This document shows positions 40,553-50,642 of a stretch of DNA of 64,000 nt, piece by piece. Numbering within the stretch: position 1 is the stretch's first letter; each line of letters starts with the position of its first letter. Source of the stretch: Nitrospirota bacterium (GTDB lineage Bacteria; Nitrospirota; UBA9217); contig CAWJQQ010000009.1 in the NCBI GenBank assembly GCA_963845065.1, positions 320,001-384,000 on the forward strand, in the 5' to 3' direction. A program made the translations under genes and the position numbers. The notes below the pieces were generated by a model, which was not told where the DNA came from, ran no database searches, and worked only from the letters and a program-made list of their open reading frames with translations.

Positions 40553-42541
40553 ATGGAGAAAAAAGAGTTTCTGAAATCAGTTGACCCTGCTGCGCAAGTT
40601 TTGTTGAAGACAGCCGCAGACAAGGGCCTTAAGACGGCGTATGATCGTGCCGAAAAGATGAAGGCATGCCCCATCGGTCACTCGGGCGCCTGTTGCAAGA
40701 TGTGCCATATGGGCCCCTGCCGTCTTACAGGGAAAGAAGAGGAAGCTGAGGGAGTATGCGGCGCAACGCTACCTGTTGTTGCTGCGAGAAATTTTGCCCG
40801 GATGGTAGCAGGCGGTACCGCAGCGCATTCGGACCATGCAAGGGATCTTGCCAATACTCTCCTCGCTGTAGCACGCGGGGAAGCCAAGGATTTTAAAATC
40901 AAGGATGTTCGCAAACTTAACCGAGTGGCTGGAGACCTCGGCATCAATATTGAAGGCAAATCGTTGAATGAGGTAGCCGAAAAAGTTGCGCTCAAGTATC
41001 TTGACCAGTTCGGACAGCAGCAAGGCGAACTCGGATACCTGTCCCGAGCTCCCAAAAAACGGCAGGAAATATGGAAAAAGCTCGGTATAGCACCGCGCGC
41101 TATTGATCGCGAAGTCGTTGAGATGATGCACCGGACAACGATGGGCGTTGATCAGGAGCCGAACAACATCATGCTCGGCGCTATGCGTACAGCACTCTCT
41201 GACGGATGGGGCGGTTCCATGATAGGCACCGACATTGCGGACATTCTCTTCGGCACGCCCAAGCCGACCAAGGCCCGGGCCAGTCTCGACGTATTCAAGA
41301 AGGACTACGTGAACGTTGTGGTCCATGGCCATGAACCATCCTTTGCCGAAATGCTCGTGGTTGCAACGGAAGACCCCGAGATGATAGCCTATGCAAAAAC
41401 CAAGGGCGCTCAGGGACTGAACCTCGTTGGGATGTGCTGCACCGCGAACGAAATCCTCATGCGTCACGGTATCTCCACAGCGGGCGGGTTCCTCCAGCAG
41501 GAACTGGGCATCATCACGGGCATGGTCGAAGCCATGGTCGTGGATGTGCAGTGTATCATGCCGGCCATCTCCCAGCTCGCGAAACATTATCATACCAAGA
41601 TCATCACCACAACGCCCAAGGGCAAGATGATAGACGCGATTCATATTGAATATGATGAGCACCACGGACTGGATATCGCCAAGAAGCTCGTCCGTCTTGC
41701 GGCGGATAATTATCCGAACCGCAAAAAATCAGAAGTCGCTCCCGCGAACGTCAAGGTTGAAGAAGCGATCGCCGGGTTTTCTGACGAGTACATTGAATAC
41801 ATGCAGGGCGGGCAGTACCGGGGCTCCTACCGGCCGCTGAATGACGCCATCATATCTGGCCGTATCCGCGGCGTAGTGGGCCTTGCCGGCTGCAATCACC
41901 CCAGGATCACCCAAGACAGCCTGCACACTTTTCTAGCCCGCGAGTTTATCAAGAGGGACGTGCTCGTGGTCCAAACCGGCTGCTCGGCACACGCTTCTGC
42001 CAAGGCGGGGTATTTAACGCCGGAGAACGCTCTTGAGAACGCTGGCCCCGGTCTCCGTGAAGTCTGTATGGCCATAGGTATACCGCCCATTCTTCATCTG
42101 GGCTCCTGCGTAGACAACTCTCGTATTTTGACGATTGCGTCTAAAATCGCCAATGAAGGCGGTCTCGGCGACGATATCGGCGGTCTCCCGGCTGTAGGCA
42201 TTGCGCCGGAGTGGATGAGCGAAAAGGCCATTGCCATAGGCACCTATTTCGCAGCGTCCGGTGTGCCGATCATCTTTGGAGCCACTTCACCGGTTAGCGG
42301 CAGCAAGGTCATAAAGGACATCATGGAGAACAAGTGGTGGCAGATGGTGACAGCGGGATTCTACTTCGAAGAAGATGGGGCAAAGATCCTGGAACTAGCC
42401 CTCAAGCTCATTGATAGTGCGCGGGATAAACTGAAACTTCGCAAGTACGAACAGGGAGCATTTGGTACCGAGCGCGTGCTCATGGATATGGCGGCGCGCC
42501 GCACCTCGTCTTTCGCCACACCTCATGGTGAAAATGTCTAA
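40553..42541 (+). CDS. cooS: Anaerobic Ni-CO dehydrogenase catalytic subunit (CooS/AcsA)
   Basis: D/B-cluster CPIGHSGACCKMCHMGPC..VCGA. C-cluster ligands HGHEP, GMCCTANE, DVQC, GCNHP, TGCS, GSCVDNSR. Also MSEKA. Confidence 0.97.
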   Translation: MEKKEFLKSVDPAAQVLLKTAADKGLKTAYDRAEKMKACPIGHSGACCKMCHMGPCRLTGKEEEAEGVCGATLPVVAARNFARMVAGGTAAHSDHARDLANTLLAVARGEAKDFKIKDVRKLNRVAGDLGINIEGKSLNEVAEKVALKYLDQFGQQQGELGYLSRAPKKRQEIWKKLGIAPRAIDREVVEMMHRTTMGVDQEPNNIMLGAMRTALSDGWGGSMIGTDIADILFGTPKPTKARASLDVFKKDYVNVVVHGHEPSFAEMLVVATEDPEMIAYAKTKGAQGLNLVGMCCTANEILMRHGISTAGGFLQQELGIITGMVEAMVVDVQCIMPAISQLAKHYHTKIITTTPKGKMIDAIHIEYDEHHGLDIAKKLVRLAADNYPNRKKSEVAPANVKVEEAIAGFSDEYIEYMQGGQYRGSYRPLNDAIISGRIRGVVGLAGCNHPRITQDSLHTFLAREFIKRDVLVVQTGCSAHASAKAGYLTPENALENAGPGLREVCMAIGIPPILHLGSCVDNSRILTIASKIANEGGLGDDIGGLPAVGIAPEWMSEKAIAIGTYFAASGVPIIFGATSPVSGSKVIKDIMENKWWQMVTAGFYFEEDGAKILELALKLIDSARDKLKLRKYEQGAFGTERVLMDMAARRTSSFATPHGENV

Positions 42542-42563
42542 GGTTGTTCCTGCACGAACACAC

Positions 42564-42596
42564 AGGGAGAGGCTTTCGAGCCTCTCCTTTTTTTTT
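42564..42596 (+). terminator. Terminator after cooS
   Basis: GGAGAGGCT-TTCG-AGCCTCTCC followed by T9. Confidence 0.92.
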
Positions 42597-42597
42597 A

Positions 42598-42804
42598 AGT
42601 TCCACATGCCTGATGGTGCCAAATAAATGCTCCCGCAACCAAATATTGGTTGGGGCTTCCAGCAGGGCAGTTCCCTGATAAGGGGACAGCCAGCCACTTG
42701 GAAGATGCAGTGTCACTTGTGACTGTTGCTAGCACTCACAAAACTTGTGGTTAATTGCCTGTTGCATGTATCGTCCCAAGGTACCATCTTGGAATCCATG
42801 TCAA
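42598..42804 (+). mobile_element. Probable decayed tnpB 3' end/omegaRNA remnant
   Basis: AACCAAA..GGGGCTTCCA..CCACTTGGAAGA.GCAGT resembles the reverse complement of 58035-58078. Ends GGAATCCATGTCAA, which looks like an RE guide plus TCAA without the hairpin. Confidence 0.4.
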
Positions 42805-43174
42805 ATCACGAATCAGGCATATTGCACAATGGGAATCGGTTTTACGACGCCATCCGAATACTGGTGTCAATGCTATACTGATTGCCAAAGAACTAATTCT
42901 TACTTTAGTAAAATCTTACTGGTCATCAAGTGTTCAGTTGCTGGTAAATAGTAAAGGCATCCAATTCATCCCACAACTGATACGTCGTTTGGCGGGGGTT
43001 TTCTTGGCCAGGCATGACAAACTTCATGTTGCTTTATCATACCGCCTGATTTATAATCTGCCGCAACCAATAGGACAGATGACAGCCAATAGGTGACCGA
43101 TGGGAAAAACGCAAAGTTGTTGACTCCGTCTGAATCCCGGCGGCCCGGCTTCTATATCCTGAGGAGGTCCGATT

Positions 43175-45070
43175 TTGGTAGCAACATATACCGCAAAAGA
43201 TATTACCGTACTCGAAGGGCTTGAGCCAGTCCGTAAACGGCCGGCCATGTACATCGGCTCAACGGATGTGCACGGGTTGCATCACCTCGTCTGGGAGATG
43301 CTCGACAACGCGGTCGATGAGGCTCTGAACGGTTTCTGCACGGCCATTACAGTCAGGATCGAGAAGGATGGCGGAGTGACGGTGACGGACAACGGACGCG
43401 GCATTCCGGTGGACATTCATCCCAAGACCAAGCGACCCGCTATCGAGACGATCCTCTGCACGCTCCACGCAGGCGGTAAATTTGATCATACGGTGTATAA
43501 ATCATCGGGAGGTCTCCACGGCGTCGGCGCGTCAGTCGTGAACGCGCTTTCAGAGGTCTTCATTGCCACGGTCTGGCGAGACGGCTATGAATGGACGCAG
43601 GAGTTTTCACGCGGCAAACCCAAGGGCAATCTCAAGAAGGGAAAACCGACCAAAGCGCATGGGACCCAGATTTATTTCCTGCCCGATTCCGACATCTTCT
43701 CGAAAACTCATTTCAACTACAAGAATATCGTCGATGTGTCCGAAAGCAAGGCGTTCCTGAACAGGGGACTCAAGATCACGATCGAGAACGAGCGCGACAA
43801 GGAAAAGTCGGTCTCGTTCAAGTACGACAACGGCATCCAAGACTACATCAAGCGGATCGTCTCGGGGACCACGGTCGTGAACCCCGAGCCGTTCTACTTC
43901 GAAAAAGAGGATGATTTCAAGATCGAATGCGCGATGCATTGGACCCTTGCCACCGACATGGAGATCCACTCCTACGCCAACTCGATCAACACTTCGGACG
44001 GAGGGACTCACGAGCTGGCGGTCAGGGCAGGGCTCACGAAGGCAGTACGCGCCTATGCGGAGCGCAAGAACCTGATTCCGAAGAACATTAAGGCCATTGC
44101 GCCGGAGGATGTCTACGAGGGCCTCTATGGCATCGTTAGTCTGCTGGTCAAAAACCCCCAGTTTCAGGGCCAGACTAAGGAAAAACTCAACAACCCCGAG
44201 ATATCCTCTCCCATCGAGGCCTCGGTCAAGAACGCTTGCGAGGCCTACTTGCTCGCGAACCCGACTATGTCCGATGCCGTGGTTAAACGCGTGCTTTTGG
44301 CTGCCGAGGCACGTATGGCTTCGCGCGCGGCCAAGGACAGCGTTACCCGGAAGCTTTCATCGCTCAAACTAAACCTGCCGGGCAAGCTCGCCGACTGCTC
44401 GTCGAACAAAGTGGAAGAAACAGAAGTTTTTATTGTGGAAGGAGATTCAGCAGGCGGGTCTGCCAAAATGGCGCGGGACCGAAAGACACAAGCCGTACTG
44501 TCACTCCGTGGTAAAATCCTGAACGTAGAACAGGTCGCGTCCCTCGAAAAGATCCAGACCAATAACGAGATCAAAAACCTGCTCGCCACGCTTGGCTGTG
44601 GTGTGGGGGCTCACTTCGACCTCAGCAAATTACGATACGACCGAGTGATCCTCATGACCGACGCGGATGTGGATGGTGCGCATATCAGCGTGTTGCTCCT
44701 TACCTTCATCTACCGGTATATGCCGGAACTTATCAACCACGGGCATGTTTACCTTGCCATGCCGCCACTCTTTAAGATCGAGGCCGGCAAAGAGGCTTTC
44801 TATGCGATGGATGAGATGGAGAAGGAGAAGATTCTCGCCAAGCTGAACGGGAAAAAGTTTGAGGTTGGACGCTTCAAAGGTCTCGGCGAAATGAATCCCG
44901 AGACACTCAAGGAGACGACCATGAACCCCGATACACGCACACTGATGAAAGTACAGGTCGTGGATCACAAAGCTACCAATGATGTGTTCGAGCGGCTCAT
45001 GGGAAAAGACCCGAAAGCGCGTTTCATCTTCATCAAGGAACGGGCGGAGTTCGCGGAATTGGACATCTGA
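43175..45070 (+). CDS. Type IIA topoisomerase B subunit (ParE/GyrB family; probably topo IV B)
   Basis: LEPVRKRPAMYIG, DNAVDE, DNGRGIP, GGLHGVG, EGDSAGGS, LRGKILN, DADVDGAHI, RFKGLGEM; 631 aa without the long GyrB insert. Confidence 0.92.
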   Translation: MVATYTAKDITVLEGLEPVRKRPAMYIGSTDVHGLHHLVWEMLDNAVDEALNGFCTAITVRIEKDGGVTVTDNGRGIPVDIHPKTKRPAIETILCTLHAGGKFDHTVYKSSGGLHGVGASVVNALSEVFIATVWRDGYEWTQEFSRGKPKGNLKKGKPTKAHGTQIYFLPDSDIFSKTHFNYKNIVDVSESKAFLNRGLKITIENERDKEKSVSFKYDNGIQDYIKRIVSGTTVVNPEPFYFEKEDDFKIECAMHWTLATDMEIHSYANSINTSDGGTHELAVRAGLTKAVRAYAERKNLIPKNIKAIAPEDVYEGLYGIVSLLVKNPQFQGQTKEKLNNPEISSPIEASVKNACEAYLLANPTMSDAVVKRVLLAAEARMASRAAKDSVTRKLSSLKLNLPGKLADCSSNKVEETEVFIVEGDSAGGSAKMARDRKTQAVLSLRGKILNVEQVASLEKIQTNNEIKNLLATLGCGVGAHFDLSKLRYDRVILMTDADVDGAHISVLLLTFIYRYMPELINHGHVYLAMPPLFKIEAGKEAFYAMDEMEKEKILAKLNGKKFEVGRFKGLGEMNPETLKETTMNPDTRTLMKVQVVDHKATNDVFERLMGKDPKARFIFIKERAEFAELDI

Positions 45071-45312
45071 GCAACGAGGGAGGGAAAGCCGATACGCCGG
45101 ACATCGCTCATCTTCATCAGATCGCGTATCGGCAGGCTTGAGTCTGCAAGATGCCGGTGGGGGGCACAGGATGTCCGCGTCAAGAGAAGTCAGCTCAGCA
45201 CCGGCCCCCTTGCTTCATGCCGTCCTCCCGAGGGAGATCAGTCCGCTACATTTCCCCCAATATCATTCGATAGTATAGAAGCACCGTGAATCGTGGATCG
45301 CTGTGAAAGGGT

Positions 45313-47106
45313 ATGGCCCCTGTGCCTAATAGAATAGCCGTTAAACTCCGCTCATCCATGAGCGTCAAGATTGCCCTCATCGTCAGTTTGCCAGTCTTTG
45401 TCGTCAACTCTTTATTTGCTTTACACAACTATGTTCGCGAACGTGAAACGTTTTTCCAAAACTCTCAAACGCAGCTATCGCGTATCAGCGAGGGTATAAA
45501 AAATCCCGCAAGGACTGCTCTTCAGGGAAAAGATACAGACGCACTCCAGCAGATGATTGATGAGAGAGCCACCAAGCGGGAAATCAAGAGCATCATGCTG
45601 TTGAAAACAAACGGCCAGGTGGCCGCTTGCAACAAAAAGACATGGGTTGGCAAGGAACTTTCAGAATTGTCCCGTGCAGGCATGAGCGAGGGCAACATCG
45701 CCGCGATTCATGAAGCTTTAGGGGGAGGCTATTCCGAATATTATGCTCTGCACGATGAGCAATATTGCCTTGTGATGCCCGTGGGCACGGGCAGGGGAAA
45801 CTCCGGGGCCATATTCATCAGCCTGGACGTCAGACCTGTCAATGCCGAGATCAAAAAACGAGCTCTGGAAAATTTTGGTATCGCCGGTATCGTTTCCATT
45901 TTGATCGGCCTTTCCATATATTTTCTTTTTCATTTTCTTTTTACAAAACGCATCAAGTCTGTTTCCTATGCCGCAGTCAAGCTTGCCACGGGCGACTTGA
46001 CGGTAAGAGCCGATGAGAAGGGGACCGACGAGATAGGCTATCTGGCTACTTCGTTCAATGTGCTTGCGGATGAAATAACGAACTGGAGAACCAATCTTGA
46101 AGAACTCGCAGCAAACCGGATTAAAGATCTCACGACCCTGTTTGATGTGGTGAATACAGTAAGCAAATCACTCGATCTGGACAAGGTGCTGCCGGACGTG
46201 CTTGTTCGGGTTCTCGCTAGCATGGGTGCGGGCAAAGGAGCTATTATCCTGCTCGACCGGGACGGCAAGAAACTCCTGCTCAAGGCGTGTCGCGGTTTAT
46301 CTGAAGAATCACTTAACCACGTCGTTGATAAAGGGCAGGGGTGCGTTGGAGACGTGATCCTTAAGAATAGCCCTATCAGGGTTTCGGGTGGCGACGATGC
46401 GGATTCTGTGCCTGTGACGGGATTAGAGCAGGAGAACATTTGGTCGGCCCTGGTCGTGCCGGTAACGGTTCGAGGTGAAGTGTTAGGCGTGCTTGCCCTT
46501 TATGGCGAAAATAAAGATCAGTTTACTGATGAGGAAGGCGCAGTGCTCGAAACGATCGGAAACCAGGTGGGCGTTGCCGTTGAAAACGCTCGATTGTATG
46601 AAAAGACGCTGGAACTCGCCCAGGTAGACGGTTTGACCGGACTGGCCAACCGGCGCCACTTAATGGAACGGCTGAAGCGGGAAATAGACCGGGCAGAGCG
46701 GTATCACACATCGCTTTCCCTTATCATTCTCGATCTCGATAAGTTCAAGTCGTTCAATGACACCTATGGGCACTTACAAGGGGATGAACTGCTGAAAGCG
46801 TTTTCTTCGATGCTATGCCACCAGATCCGATCAGCGGATATTGCGGGCCGGTACGGAGGGGAAGAATTCTGTGTGGTGTTGCCGAACACATCTGTCAAAG
46901 GTGCGCTTGTCATTGCCGAGCGTATTCGAAATGCGATGGTTGATATCAAAATACCTGTCGGTGATGGCCGGCCCGCCGCAGGTCGGACCGTGAGCATAGG
47001 AGTTGCCGAATTTAAGGGTGACGAGTCCGTGGAAGAAATACTTAATTCTGCCGACTCTGCGCTGTACCGTGCAAAGCAGGACGGCCGAAACAAAGTAAGG
47101 TGTTAA
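45313..47106 (+). CDS. Membrane-bound diguanylate cyclase (sensor-HAMP-GAF-GGDEF)
   Basis: Two TM helices, HAMP (DEIGYLATSFN), GAF, DGLTGLANRR, RSAD I-site and GGEEF. Confidence 0.93.
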   Translation: MAPVPNRIAVKLRSSMSVKIALIVSLPVFVVNSLFALHNYVRERETFFQNSQTQLSRISEGIKNPARTALQGKDTDALQQMIDERATKREIKSIMLLKTNGQVAACNKKTWVGKELSELSRAGMSEGNIAAIHEALGGGYSEYYALHDEQYCLVMPVGTGRGNSGAIFISLDVRPVNAEIKKRALENFGIAGIVSILIGLSIYFLFHFLFTKRIKSVSYAAVKLATGDLTVRADEKGTDEIGYLATSFNVLADEITNWRTNLEELAANRIKDLTTLFDVVNTVSKSLDLDKVLPDVLVRVLASMGAGKGAIILLDRDGKKLLLKACRGLSEESLNHVVDKGQGCVGDVILKNSPIRVSGGDDADSVPVTGLEQENIWSALVVPVTVRGEVLGVLALYGENKDQFTDEEGAVLETIGNQVGVAVENARLYEKTLELAQVDGLTGLANRRHLMERLKREIDRAERYHTSLSLIILDLDKFKSFNDTYGHLQGDELLKAFSSMLCHQIRSADIAGRYGGEEFCVVLPNTSVKGALVIAERIRNAMVDIKIPVGDGRPAAGRTVSIGVAEFKGDESVEEILNSADSALYRAKQDGRNKVRC

Positions 47107-47234
47107 CACGCCGATGGGTAGGAGACTATCGGGCTGTGTGTAGGAAAAACAAGGCCGGCTACTCACGTACGCAGCAATTCGTTTGGTAGTGTCCCTCCCC
47201 TTGAGGTTTGCTTCGCTCTCGACTGACATTCTGA

Positions 47235-47264
47235 TTGACACTCCTTGAAACTATCTGGTATATT
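47235..47264 (+). promoter_or_regulatory. sigma70 promoter of trp operon
   Basis: TTGACA-18 nt-TATATT with TG extension, 30 nt before trpE; AAGGAG RBS. Confidence 0.65.
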
Positions 47265-47294
47265 ACATAATCTTCTTATTTTGCAAGGAGTTTT

Positions 47295-48782
47295 ATGTTT
47301 CGGCCTTCCCTCGAAGAGTTTAAGCAAAAGGCAAGAAAAGGTAATCTCATACCGGTGTATCGCGAGATTCTGGCAGATATGGAAACACCGGTATCAGCTT
47401 TTCTGAAGATCGATGACAAGCGACATTCTTTTCTGCTCGAGAGTATGGAGGGTGGGGAAAAGTGGGCGCGGTATTCGTTTCTCGGTAGCCGCCCGTCTGT
47501 AATTGTTAAAAGTTACGGCAGGTCCGTCGAGATCACGAGAGACAGGAAAACATTAAAGCAATCTTTCGAATATGATCCGTTAGAAGTAATAAAAAAAATC
47601 CTCTCGGCATACAAACCGGTACCCGATTCGTCGTTGCCGCGGTTTTTCGGCGGCGCCGTCGGTTTTATGGGATATGATGTCGTTCGGTTCTTCGAGGAAC
47701 TCCCATCCCGCGAAAAAGAAAGTCTGAACCTCCCCGACATTTTTTTCATGATCACCGACACACTCATCATCTTCGACAATGTCACCCAATTGATCAAGGT
47801 CGTTTCGAATGCCCACGTCAAAGGGCAGTCAGCCGAGGCCGCGTATAAAGAAGCGATGAGGAAGGTCAATGCCCTTGTGAAGAAGCTGAAGAGCGGTGTC
47901 AAGAGGCCACTGGTAAAGGTCAAGGGGAAGCCAAAGACAAACGAGCATGAGCTTACTTCGAATTTCACTCAGCCGCAATATGAACAGGCGGTACTCAAGG
48001 CCAAGGAATTTATCAAAGCAGGCGATATATTTCAGGTCGTGCCGTCTCAGCGGTTCGAGACGAAGATTACAATCGAATCTTTCGAGATTTACCGTGCGCT
48101 GCGGCTGATCAACCCTTCTCCCTATATGTATTTTCTGCGCTGTGGTGATGCGACCGTAGTGGGCGCTTCCCCGGAGGTTATGGTCCGGCTCGAAGGGGAG
48201 CGGATCGATCTCAGGCCAATTGCAGGAACGAGAAGACGCGGGGCTTCCGAAGAAGAGGACAAGAACCTCGCCGAGGAACTGCTTGCCGATCCCAAGGAGC
48301 GGGCAGAACATATCATGCTCGTGGACCTTGGCAGGAACGACGTGGGACGAGTGAGCGAGCCGGGCAGCGTTTATGTATCCGAACTCATGGTGATAGAGCG
48401 TTATTCCCACGTGATGCACATCGTATCGAACGTGCGTGGAAGACTGTCCGGCAAACGGGACGCTTATGATGTAATCCGGGCATGTTTTCCAGCCGGTACA
48501 GTCTCGGGCGCGCCCAAGATTAGGGCCATGGAGATCATTGACGAGCTTGAGCCCACGCGCCGGGGTCCCTACGCGGGCGCGGTCGGGTATTTCGGTTTTT
48601 CGGGCAACATGGACACCTGCATCACTATCAGGACACTCGTTATCAAAAAAAACATTGCCTATATACAGGCAGGCGGCGGGGTGGTGGCGGACAGCGACCC
48701 AGCTTCGGAGTATCAGGAGACGGTGAACAAGGCCAAAGCCATGATGCGCGCCGTGGAAATGGCAGAGGTGGGGTTGGATTAA
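47295..48782 (+). CDS. trpE: Anthranilate synthase component I
   Basis: FLLES, NPSPYM, RPIAGTR, KERAEHIMLVDLGRND, PAGTVSGAPK. Confidence 0.97.
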   Translation: MFRPSLEEFKQKARKGNLIPVYREILADMETPVSAFLKIDDKRHSFLLESMEGGEKWARYSFLGSRPSVIVKSYGRSVEITRDRKTLKQSFEYDPLEVIKKILSAYKPVPDSSLPRFFGGAVGFMGYDVVRFFEELPSREKESLNLPDIFFMITDTLIIFDNVTQLIKVVSNAHVKGQSAEAAYKEAMRKVNALVKKLKSGVKRPLVKVKGKPKTNEHELTSNFTQPQYEQAVLKAKEFIKAGDIFQVVPSQRFETKITIESFEIYRALRLINPSPYMYFLRCGDATVVGASPEVMVRLEGERIDLRPIAGTRRRGASEEEDKNLAEELLADPKERAEHIMLVDLGRNDVGRVSEPGSVYVSELMVIERYSHVMHIVSNVRGRLSGKRDAYDVIRACFPAGTVSGAPKIRAMEIIDELEPTRRGPYAGAVGYFGFSGNMDTCITIRTLVIKKNIAYIQAGGGVVADSDPASEYQETVNKAKAMMRAVEMAEVGLD

Positions 48783-48891
48783 CACGGCATGTCTCGAAGT
48801 GGTGTAGGGGGGGCGCAGAGTAAAAGAAATTCAGGATTCATTTCTCTGCTGACTCTGATCGTCCGAGAAAAAAAATTTGTGAGGTCTTTTT

Positions 48892-49455
48892 GTGCTTTTA
48901 ATGATCGACAATTACGATTCCTTCACCTACAACCTGGTCCAGTATCTGGGAGAACTGGGTCAGGACATGAAGATCTACAGGAACGACAAGATTAAGATCC
49001 CCGAGATCGAGAAGATGAATCCCGATCGCATCGTTATCTCACCCGGTCCTTGCACGCCCAAAGAGGCCGGGGTATCCATCGACGTGATCAAATACTTTAC
49101 GGGCAAGATCCCGATCCTCGGGGTCTGCCTCGGGCACCAGGCTATCGGTGATGCTTTCGGCGGGGATGTGATCCGCGCACCCTACCTCATGCACGGCAAG
49201 ACCTCCATGATCTACCATGACGATCAGACTATCTTTTCAGGACTTCCTAACCCCTTCGAGGCGACACGCTACCATTCGCTTATCATCAAGCGCGAGACGC
49301 TTCCATCCGTGCTCGAAATATCTGCCTGGACCGACGACGGTCTCATCATGGGTGTCCGGCACAAACAGTTTAAGCTGGAAGGCGTACAGTTCCATCCCGA
49401 GTCGATCCTGACGAATGTGGGGAAGGATCTTCTCAGGAATTTCTTGAAGCTGTGA
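48892..49455 (+). CDS. trpG: Anthranilate synthase component II
   Basis: [32 protein letters not shown]. Confidence 0.96.
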   Translation: MLLMIDNYDSFTYNLVQYLGELGQDMKIYRNDKIKIPEIEKMNPDRIVISPGPCTPKEAGVSIDVIKYFTGKIPILGVCLGHQAIGDAFGGDVIRAPYLMHGKTSMIYHDDQTIFSGLPNPFEATRYHSLIIKRETLPSVLEISAWTDDGLIMGVRHKQFKLEGVQFHPESILTNVGKDLLRNFLKL

Positions 49456-49542
49456 CTATTCACCATTAAGGTGCGAAATCACTAAGATAGCCGCTGGTCT
49501 TTGAACTAAGTGTAGTATTTTCTTTATGGATGAAGGGTTCTC

Positions 49543-50556
49543 ATGATCAAAGAAGCCATCTTAAAAGTTGTTGCAAAGACCGACCTCACCGAGGCCGAAG
49601 CCGAAGCAGTGATGCGCGAGATCATGCAGGGCGAGGCAACAGACGCACAGATTGCTGCCTACATTACAGCGCTACGGATGAAAGGCGAGACCGTTGAGGA
49701 AATAACAGGTTCTGCCCGGGTCATGCGCGAAAAGGCCGTGCCGATCAAGCTCGACGCGAAATACCAGATCGACACCTGCGGCACGGGCGGTGATATGGCT
49801 CATACGTTCAACATTTCAACAACGGTTGCGTTCGTTGTCGCCGGCGCAGGCGTGACCGTTGCGAAACACGGTAACCGTTCGGTTTCGAGCAAGAGCGGGA
49901 GTGCTGACGTGCTCCAGGCGCTCGGTGTTAATATCGAGATCCCTTCCCATCGTGTAGAAGAATGCTTGAAAGACGTGGGCATCGGCTTCCTGTTCGCGCC
50001 TATGATGCATTTGGCTATGAAATACGCAATAGGCCCGCGGCGCGAGGTTGGTATTCGCACGATCTTCAATGTGCTGGGACCATTAACAAATCCGGCGAAA
50101 GTGACGTCCCAGATCATGGGCGTATATGCGGCAGAGCTCACATCAACCCTTGCCTGGGCCCTCGGCAAACTCGGTGCGCACCACGCCTTCGTAGTGCATG
50201 GTATGGACGGTTTGGACGAAATCACGATCACAGGTAAAACCAAAGTTTCTGAGTTCAGGGATGGGAAAGTGACAGACAGCCTTATCCATCCATCGGATTT
50301 CGGCATTCCCTGCGGTAAAGCAGAAGACCTTAAAGGTGGGGACGCAAAGGAGAACGCCGAAATAATGGTAGATATCCTGAACGGCCGGAAGGGACCTCGC
50401 CGCGACATTGTGCTCTTGAACGCGGCTGTAGGACTATTTGCCTCAGGACAGGCGGTTGACGTCAGCGATGGAATCAAACATGCCGCGAATGCGATCGATT
50501 CGGGTGCGGCTTTCAAGAAACTGAATCAATTGAGGGCGTTTACGAACAAACCTTAG
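49543..50556 (+). CDS. trpD: Anthranilate phosphoribosyltransferase
   Basis: DTCGTGGD..TFNIST, KHGNRSVSSKSGSAD, GLDE. Confidence 0.97.
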   Translation: MIKEAILKVVAKTDLTEAEAEAVMREIMQGEATDAQIAAYITALRMKGETVEEITGSARVMREKAVPIKLDAKYQIDTCGTGGDMAHTFNISTTVAFVVAGAGVTVAKHGNRSVSSKSGSADVLQALGVNIEIPSHRVEECLKDVGIGFLFAPMMHLAMKYAIGPRREVGIRTIFNVLGPLTNPAKVTSQIMGVYAAELTSTLAWALGKLGAHHAFVVHGMDGLDEITITGKTKVSEFRDGKVTDSLIHPSDFGIPCGKAEDLKGGDAKENAEIMVDILNGRKGPRRDIVLLNAAVGLFASGQAVDVSDGIKHAANAIDSGAAFKKLNQLRAFTNKP

Positions 50557-50642
50557 TACTATGCATACCACGACTACCCAAAGGCACTGAAAAGAAAGTG
50601 TTAGTCTGGTACCCCAGATTCTTTGTGATGAAGCATTCGCAT

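Noticed and set aside
42610..42710. Cobalamin-riboswitch-like words (GGTGCC, CCCGCAAC, GCCACT..GGAAG)
   Set aside because: The core GGGAA..GGTG and B12-box elements are missing, and an IS remnant fits better.
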